From: Cyanidioschyzon merolae
Taxonomy: Eukaryota
Reading direction: 5' to 3' (one strand)
Assembly: GCA_000091205.1 (NCBI GenBank)
Contig: AP006487.2
DNA: 64,000 bases
The first letter of the stretch is position 1. Each line of letters begins with the position of its first letter. Below the pieces are notes generated by a model. That model worked only from the letters and a program-made list of their open reading frames with translations, did no database searches and was not told where the DNA came from. Positions 57,660 to 64,000 of this stretch are shown here, piece after piece. The position numbers were made by a program, and so were the translations under genes.

Positions 57660-58810
57660 GCTTTAAATATGCCAGACTCCTTTCAGATCCGTTGTCAGCA
57701 AGCGAAGGAGTTGATGGCAGCGTGAAAGTCTCGATTTCGCTGCTTCCGGCTGTTGTCGACGCATCTCATGTATAGCTAGTGTTTGCGATCCACGCTTCGC
57801 TTATGATGCTCATGTACTTTGTATACAACCTCGTTGCGTTCGTCGTAGTAGAGGCACTTGGTTGTGGTTGTCTAATCCCCTAGGTATACCACATCTCGTT
57901 CTCTGAGGTCCGTCGTGTGACGCATGCACGCATGCTGCATCGCTCGACATATGCCTGTCACCGGTGCATCGGAAGGCTGGCCACGACATCATCCTTCGTT
58001 CCCGTGACAGGCACCGTACTCTAGAACCATGTTCTTCTTCTCGGACACGCCTTGGCGAGTACTCCGCCCACCGCAAACTCGAGTGCACGCTTTCCCATTC
58101 GATCAAAGGCTCGGTCAACGGGATTTTGCAGTCGATGAATCAAACACCGCAAGGAAAATCTAGCTTGGAGATCAAGTCGTGAACTCTGGATCCATCGACT
58201 CGCACATCGTGGAAAGCTGTGGCGTTCTTTGCAATGGAATCGATCCCTGCGATGACTTAGTCCCGACTCCAAGGCTCTTTTCTGTATAAACAGAAGCATC
58301 GGGAGCCTCTGGAAGCATACTGCGTTGCAGCAATCACGATGCTGCTGTCGAATCTTATTTTATGGATAACCAGGAAGAGAGAAGAACTTATCTTTCGAAC
58401 GTCAACGGTACTTGATTGACGTGAAAATTTCTGTTAGCTTCCGGTATGCGCTTGTGAAGAATTTGCCAGGGGAAGATTTCGAGTAGTTTTGTTCATCGAT
58501 CCAACGAAGCGAGGTGCCGCGTACAGGCGTTGCCAAGAAGCACGAAGATCGTGAACATGAAGAATGCGTGATTTGAGCATGGTACACGTAAAGAACGGAG
58601 ACTAATAGATGCTTGTACTTACTTATGGAACGGATACTGTTATCGGTTAGTTTCCAAAACTATTTTTTACGGCATGAAAAAATCATCTGGGTTCCGGGCA
58701 TGTTACGATTTGCACCCGCTGGGAGTCGAAAGAGCCATTTTGAGAAGACGACCCAGAATCCTAAAAGTACTTATGAATGCGTAAGCCGTTTTGATGCACT
58801 TATAATATAG
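57660..58810 (+). repeat. Diverged A/B-superfamily member (copy C)
   Basis: 57690-57760 (AGTCTCGATTTCGCTGCTTCCGGCTGTTGTCGACGCAT) is homologous to the AB2 and A 5' regions. The minus-strand ORF 58402-58587 (MYHAQITHSSCSRSSCFLATPVRGTSLRWIDEQNYSKSSPGKFFTSAYRKLTE) is homologous to the B ORF (MWHARIMRSSSFRSFCSKATPGRRSVRRWIEEESCSTIAPKAFFTILCRKFTE). Confidence 0.5.
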
Positions 58811-59185
58811 AGGTATTACAAGAAAGTTCCGACAAAGAAAAGAAACGCAGGAACCAGGTAATCAGTTCAGTGATCCATTTTAAACTGACACGAGTGTACG
58901 GACCCTCTCGGTGCAGTACTTACTGCTTGCGCTTGCTGCGAAGCATTATACGCCAAACACATCGGTTTCCCTATAGATACAGAAAGAACTTGTCATAAAC
59001 GTTCTGCATTCGGTTCGAATGTGGTTTTACTGAGACGGAGCCGGGTCTCATCGTCATCATGGAATTCGGCAGGCTGCTTGCATGGCAGCTTTGCCATAAG
59101 CGGTGTGGAACCTTGAAGGCGCACGTAGTGCTGCATCTTTTTATCGAGTAGTCGTGCTCACGGGAGCAAGCCTTGCTTGTAACCC

Positions 59186-60193
59186 ATGCCTACGAGCGTT
59201 TCTGTTCAGAACTCCTTGGTAACTGCGGGTGAACTTAGACCTACGCTACCCGCTCTTGAAGCTTGGAGAACTGTTCCGCTCGAGACACTAGTTCGAGCTG
59301 CGAGCGATCGGCTGTGCCTCTGGGACTACCAGAGGCATGCCCCGGCGCTTACTTTCTTCCAAGTCTGGCAAACAAGACTCTTACTGCAAAATGTTTACAT
59401 GAATCGGGACCCCTACGTTTTGCCTCTTCGCGGAGCTGCGGTTCTTAGTCTTAGGCGGCTCTGGGGACAGAACAGCTCGGATACGCCACGACTGCGACTT
59501 TCTGCGCGCCTGCGGCTGCATCCCACCGAAGGTGCCTGCGATGGCGAGGCTGCGGATCAGGACAGTGGCAACGACTTTGGTTGGAGTGGAAGCAAACAGA
59601 CTTGGAGACAAAGATGGCTGCCGCCTTTTCTCAACTGGCACCGTGCAGGCGAACGTAGGTCTGTAGGAGGAGACTGGGACAGCAACCGCAAGAGCTCCTT
59701 AGTAAACACGGAGCAATTTAGGCTGCCTGGGCGGCTGTATTTGAAGCTAGGAACAACGATTGACCTGCCGGGTCTCATGCTTTGGGAAAGTGCTGCAGAG
59801 CGAAATCGGCGGCGTTTGTATTCCACAGCTCTACGAGAACGTTCATCGACCTGGTGGGGCTTCGAATGGGACTTCATGCGATGTCTTGGAGCGTTCCAAG
59901 GATGCGCTGCTAGTGCAAATCGAAAATGGATGAACTCTAACGCCCAGCTCTCGCATTGGTTCCTACACGCTTCTTGGATTCCTACGAATTCGGATGCACC
60001 GTGGCACCTTGTTGCTGGTGTACAGCACAGATTTCGCGTTGCGAAACCGAGAAAATCGCATCGTAGGAGTCGCCGATCGTATTCCGCCCCAACGAAGGAG
60101 ACTGGTTTCTTTCAACTCACACTCAGGCTAGGATTTGACCTAATGCGCAGTGAAATATACCTGACTCCGGTCGCTGATGGCACGTACTTCTAG
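59186..60193 (+). CDS. Hypothetical protein, ending in an aromatic residue with alternating hydrophobic pattern (possible beta-barrel-type C-terminus)
   Basis: 335-aa ORF with no recognised family. The C-terminus ...RLGFDLMRSEIYLTPVADGTYF resembles a beta-signal. This is speculative. Confidence 0.3.
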   Translation: MPTSVSVQNSLVTAGELRPTLPALEAWRTVPLETLVRAASDRLCLWDYQRHAPALTFFQVWQTRLLLQNVYMNRDPYVLPLRGAAVLSLRRLWGQNSSDTPRLRLSARLRLHPTEGACDGEAADQDSGNDFGWSGSKQTWRQRWLPPFLNWHRAGERRSVGGDWDSNRKSSLVNTEQFRLPGRLYLKLGTTIDLPGLMLWESAAERNRRRLYSTALRERSSTWWGFEWDFMRCLGAFQGCAASANRKWMNSNAQLSHWFLHASWIPTNSDAPWHLVAGVQHRFRVAKPRKSHRRSRRSYSAPTKETGFFQLTLRLGFDLMRSEIYLTPVADGTYF

Positions 60194-60900
60194 ACGGAGC
60201 AAACTGCTTCAAATATCGGCTCAGATTCTGGGACTTTTCCAGCACATCGGGAATCTATTTCTTAGGGAAGCTCTGTTCCCTCTTTGCGATGTGGTATACT
60301 TGTTTTGCACATCCAAGGAGCAGCGTCGCTTCATACGCGCAAGACCGCATTATGGAGCCGTGATGTCATGTTGCCCGGCAGCGTCCACGTCTCATACCGT
60401 CGCTGAATGGAAACGCGCCGTCGAAGGCCAATGTAAAGCGCTTCTTGTAACTGTGCGGAGGAGTATTGCCTTTTCTTTGATAGGATCGAATCGCTGAATG
60501 CACCCTTTCTCCGTCGAATGCGCAGATGCTGTTGAGATCAGAGTGTGGTATAGTACCCGTAGCCTGGCGCCGCGCTCCGGGCAACGATGCTGCAAAACCA
60601 CCGCTGACTCCATTTTTGCAGAGCTCCGCGAGTGTTGGTGACGAGCTTTCATGCAACTATGATAGGTGCTTGTTGCATTGGGACTGCGAACTAATCAGCC
60701 GTAGCCAGGGCAGGTTGCGTATGCTCTGGCGGCTGCCGTGCATACTAACCAAGGCTTCAGCAACGGGATCATGGTGCGCTTTCTGGCAAATATGGAGAGT
60801 TTTCGGTGGTTTGCCTGGGAAACCCGATTCGACCAGACAGCAGCGAAGAGAAGTCTAGTGAGCATGCGCGGAAGTGACCCGCTTGTGTTATGCACCAAGG

Positions 60901-61317
60901 CTACCATTTCTTCGCTGCGAGATAAAGTTCGCTTTCTTTTATGGTTCTGATAAGCTCTCGAAATGCGGGGAAGCCAAAGAGAAGAACGAAAGCTGCCCAT
61001 CCCGCTGCTCGGAGTCCCGCGCCACTATCCCAACGACAACGTCGACGAATGTAGGAAAAAGCAGCTATACTCTCGATGAAGTGCGCAATGAGGGCGCCCC
61101 AAAAAACCGTCCCAACCAGAACAGGTGATCTGAGAGTCCGTATACAGATGAAGGAAGCTAGGCGTTTCAGTGTCCGAAAACGTCCAGCTGCGACTGAGCT
61201 GGGCTGTGGAGCTGACAAACTATAATAGCCTACCGTGAGCAGGAGCAAGCCCGCAACAAGCAACCATGGCAACACGCCTCTTGGAGGGTGCGGTCGAGGC
61301 ACAGTTGGTTGGGTCAT
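60901..61317 (-). CDS. Hypothetical small membrane protein
   Basis: 138-aa ORF with 3-4 hydrophobic segments (LPWLLVAGLLLLTV, VLVGTVFWGALIAHFI, AAGWAAFVLLFGF). Confidence 0.3.
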   Translation of the reverse strand: MTQPTVPRPHPPRGVLPWLLVAGLLLLTVGYYSLSAPQPSSVAAGRFRTLKRLASFICIRTLRSPVLVGTVFWGALIAHFIESIAAFSYIRRRCRWDSGAGLRAAGWAAFVLLFGFPAFRELIRTIKESELYLAAKKW

Positions 61318-61849
61318 ATTTGCTAGAAGCGAAAACGTCGCTAAACAAGAAGAAAGCTATCGCAAGTGCGCAGACGATTGAATCGCAAGAAGTAACGACT
61401 CTTGACGATCTTTTCCACCAGCTGAGCTTCTTTTCCTCAAGAAATAGAGCCTAGCTTGCTCAAGGTAGTGGAGGCGTTGTCTAGGGCGCTTTCTGCTTGC
61501 GCCAGACGCACCGCTCAGTTGGGATTATTGCCGCCGCAGGTACACCTCCGTTCCTTTTCCGAGGATATGCAAAATGCCACTACGGTTTGTAGTCGTCCAC
61601 GAACCGGTTGCATGGAAGCGCTAGGCTTTTGCGCAGTACGCACAGAAGACGGTAGTGTTGTCCGCTCTGACTGGCTCAGTCTCAGCGAATCATAGGCATA
61701 TGGCGCGCAGGAGAGAGCATTACCACTTGTAAGTTGCTATAGTCATTCAAATCAATTGTTTTCACCCGAGCTGCGATGTATAGCCGGAGATCGTAATCAT
61801 GATGCAGTGTAGAGTACAGACTATAGACGAGCTGCCTGGTGGATCTGTT

Positions 61850-63200
61850 CTTCACTGAAAAGTGCATGGAGGTCTGCATTCCTCCTTCAGCTCAGTTATG
61901 CAACAGGACTCAGATGGCTGAGGAACTCTGAAACAACCAAGAATACGCGCTCCGCGCCAAAAGCCGATATTCTCGAAGACTGGATGCGGTCAATGGTAGA
62001 AAACCACCCGTTGATCACCTGTTCTGGAAGGAAATAGCGACGATAGTAGCCACCATGGGCGACTCTGTTTCCCACCAGCTTGTTCGTGTGGTGCTGAAAA
62101 CTCTAGGGTACAGTCGCTAAAGAGAGTCCGGGTCCACGCATGGCCATCTTCCACCGGCACCAAAATGGCAGCGTTCCTGGAACTCAGCGATCAGTATGAC
62201 GTCCACGGACGTCGGTTTGTTTTTTCCCAGTCGATGCGGCTTCCTTCGGACGAGGCGGTCGGTGCGTTTATGGGTATCCTCGGAGATGGCGTCTGTGCTA
62301 TGTACGAACGAACTTGTAGAGAACGAGCATGTCATCAACTGTTCGAGCTGCAGTGGATTCTTTTGGCGGCCTCAGTTTCGCTCATAGACAAGACACATAC
62401 AAGAGCAGCAACGAATTCGTCGAATCACTGAAGACGGTTCTCTGACGTCTTCTGACAACCCTCTGTTGGACAACGTGACATTTCACGATTCTTCTTGCGT
62501 TCGAGTCTCTGCAGATTCTGTTGGAATAGAGCCGCTTTTCATTCCTCCGTACGCGCCGTAGTTTAACGCCATCGAAGAAGTCTTTCTTATCGTCGAACGT
62601 GGTGATCGCTCCACTGGGCGAACCGCTGAAGCTTTGAGCATATGCTGACACAGGAGCATACTCCTTCGTTGTTTTTCAAATCCTTCTGCCATCGGGAAGG
62701 TCCTCAACTGAGCTCAAAAAACAAGTGCGTTCATTTTAAAAAATAAATAATCCAAGGAACAGTTATGGACATTGAAGTCGAGGATTCTAGAGGCCTGGTG
62801 TCGCCAGGTTCGAAAAAGAAACGAAAAATCCTCTTCTCGCCGACCATCGAGCGAAGGACAGCATATGCTGAAAAAAAAGAGAAAATGAGGTGAGATAGGC
62901 GAGAAAAAGTGTATACCCGACGGGACGATGACGAGACTGTAGTGGCACAGAGGGCGCGAGTTCGAGGACTCCTTGCACAAATGAGCTCCACCAGCTGCAG
63001 TAAATGCTTGGAGTCCGTGAACCGAGATTATAAGGCTGGCACCACTATCAGACGATGTCTGGTGCTATAGACGAGACCCGCGGAGCTGACGCGAGCCAAA
63101 TTTGTGGCGCAGCCTCGTAGGGTCAAGGTATACAAGTAGACGCTGACGCCGACAGTAGGGAGCGGGTCCAAAATGTCTGGAAAGCGTCTACGAATGGATA
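61850..63200 (+). mobile_element. Family F copy F5: Tc1/mariner DD34E relic plus a TnpB/Fanzor-like fragment (CxxC plus a degraded RuvC-III-like motif)
   Basis: Transposase N-terminus ...RQKPIFSKT (compare Tc1 RRKPLLSKK). Second D in LLDNVTFH (compare lvlDNasiH). Exactly 34 residues later comes PPYAP*FNAIEEVF (compare PPYSPDLNPIE), so it is DD34E with an in-frame stop. Downstream: K-rich KKKRK, then RDDDETVVAQRARVRGLLAQMSSTSCSKCLESVNRDYKAGTTI. Confidence 0.65.
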
Positions 63201-63447
63201 TGTACATATCTTGTATTGTAGCGGAGCATTTCCTCTTCCACTGACGATGTATGTGTAAGAACTGTGTTCGCACGTTGCTGTTCATCACAACATCCCGTGC
63301 AAGAGTCGTAGGCCGCAAATGAGGTGATCGCAGTTGTATACAAATTTGTGTAATATCCACAAAAGGTCGCCTGCGCACGCACCCGACTGGGAATTTGAAC
63401 GTCGCGCTTCGTTTCCTGTAATACACCAGGATCGTTTCGAACTTTTC

Positions 63448-64000
63448 ATGGGTATTCAAGGCCTCTTGCCCATCATAAAACCAGTCTGCTTCCGCAGACA
63501 CATATCCGACTTTGCTCAGAAGCGGGTCGGCGTAGATGGCTACAGCTGGTTGCACAAGAGTCTCGCTGGCTGTTGTATAGCGTTGGACCGGAGTAATGGC
63601 ACGACAGCTCCACGCGTAGAGCGTACAGAACGTTTTGTTGAAAATTTTCTGGGTCGCGTGCGTATGCTGCAACACTACGGCGTCTCGCCTTTGATTGTTT
63701 TCGACGGGGGAAGAATACCTGCTAAAAGTGAGACGGAAAAACGTCGAGCAACGCTCAGAGCAAAGAATCTGGAGCTTGCTACGCAAGCGCTGGCTCGTGG
63801 TGAAATAGAACTCGCTCAGAGCTTTTTGCAACGCTCTATCGACGTGACCCCTGAAATGGCTTACGAAGTTATTAAAGCTCTTCGGAAAGAAAATTTTGAT
63901 TTTCTCGTCGCGCCGTATGAAGCAGACGCTCAGCTGGCGATGCTTTCTAGAGAAAATCTCATCGACCTCGTTATCACTGAAGACTCAGATTTAATCGTCT
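63448..64000 (+). CDS. EXO1: Exonuclease 1 (EXO1), N-terminal XPG-N/XPG-I domains; partial, continues beyond the window
   Basis: Translation from the ATG at 63448: MGIQGLLPIIKPV...VGVDGYSWLHK...PLIVFDGGRIPAKSETEKRR...FDFLVAPYEADAQLAMLSRENLIDLVITEDSDLIV. The MGIQGLL start, the VFDG...P.K block and the APYEADAQLA / ITEDSDL XPG-I signature are diagnostic of the EXO1/FEN1 family, closest to EXO1. It is not in the ORF track because it has no stop within the window. Confidence 0.85.
   Translation, partial: MGIQGLLPIIKPVCFRRHISDFAQKRVGVDGYSWLHKSLAGCCIALDRSNGTTAPRVERTERFVENFLGRVRMLQHYGVSPLIVFDGGRIPAKSETEKRRATLRAKNLELATQALARGEIELAQSFLQRSIDVTPEMAYEVIKALRKENFDFLVAPYEADAQLAMLSRENLIDLVITEDSDLIV

Noticed and set aside
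61850-63200. Clean TIRs and a TA target-site duplication for family F elements
   Set aside because: A shared left boundary near TGAAAAGTGCA and a right boundary near TAATTTAC are visible. I could not find convincing inverted symmetry or TSDs. The copies are too decayed, so the termini remain approximate.
63028-63831. 267-aa minus-strand ORF
   Set aside because: It overlaps antisense the clearly recognisable EXO1 N-terminal coding sequence (from 63448, + strand). It is a shadow ORF.
1-64000. Kinetoplastid-type polycistronic organisation (intron-free genes, about 51% GC, dispersed repeats)
   Set aside because: Genes alternate strands at nearly every step. Tc1/mariner relics and a chorismate synthase are present. 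It is not a directional gene cluster.

Overview
This 64-kb window is nuclear DNA from a compact, apparently intron-free eukaryote with about 51% GC. The long ORFs are uninterrupted and alternate between strands, so genes look monocistronic rather than kinetoplastid-style polycistronic. The recognisable genes are mainly housekeeping or organelle-related. They include a bacterial-type isoleucyl-tRNA synthetase with a presequence-like N-terminus, an FtsH-type m-AAA protease, the RNA ligase RtcB and chorismate synthase. Also present are 40S ribosomal protein S13, an M20 metallopeptidase, a NIF/FCP1-type phosphatase, a Rad51-paralog-like ATPase, an LMW protein tyrosine phosphatase, an APC-family amino-acid permease, a WD40 protein, a small RRM protein and the 5' part of EXO1. 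The EXO1 gene runs off the window end and is absent from the ORF track. Between the genes the window is dense with dispersed repeats. (i) Family A is three near-identical 1.37-kb elements with roughly 17-20 bp imperfect terminal inverted repeats. (ii) Related B and C members include a 782-bp segment about 99% identical in two places 16 kb apart. (iii) Family D is two copies of an element whose 3' roughly 210 nt are far better conserved than the rest. (iv) Family F is six decayed copies of a Tc1/mariner-type DD34E transposase relic. Their 3' ends carry a short fragment resembling the C-terminus of TnpB/Fanzor RNA-guided nucleases (CxxC followed by an NRDxxAAINI RuvC-III-like motif), then a conserved roughly 90-nt terminal module. 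No intact Fanzor/TnpB ORF lies in the window. This Fanzor-relic transposon family is the most interesting lead. All homology calls are by-eye motif recognition and no database search was run.
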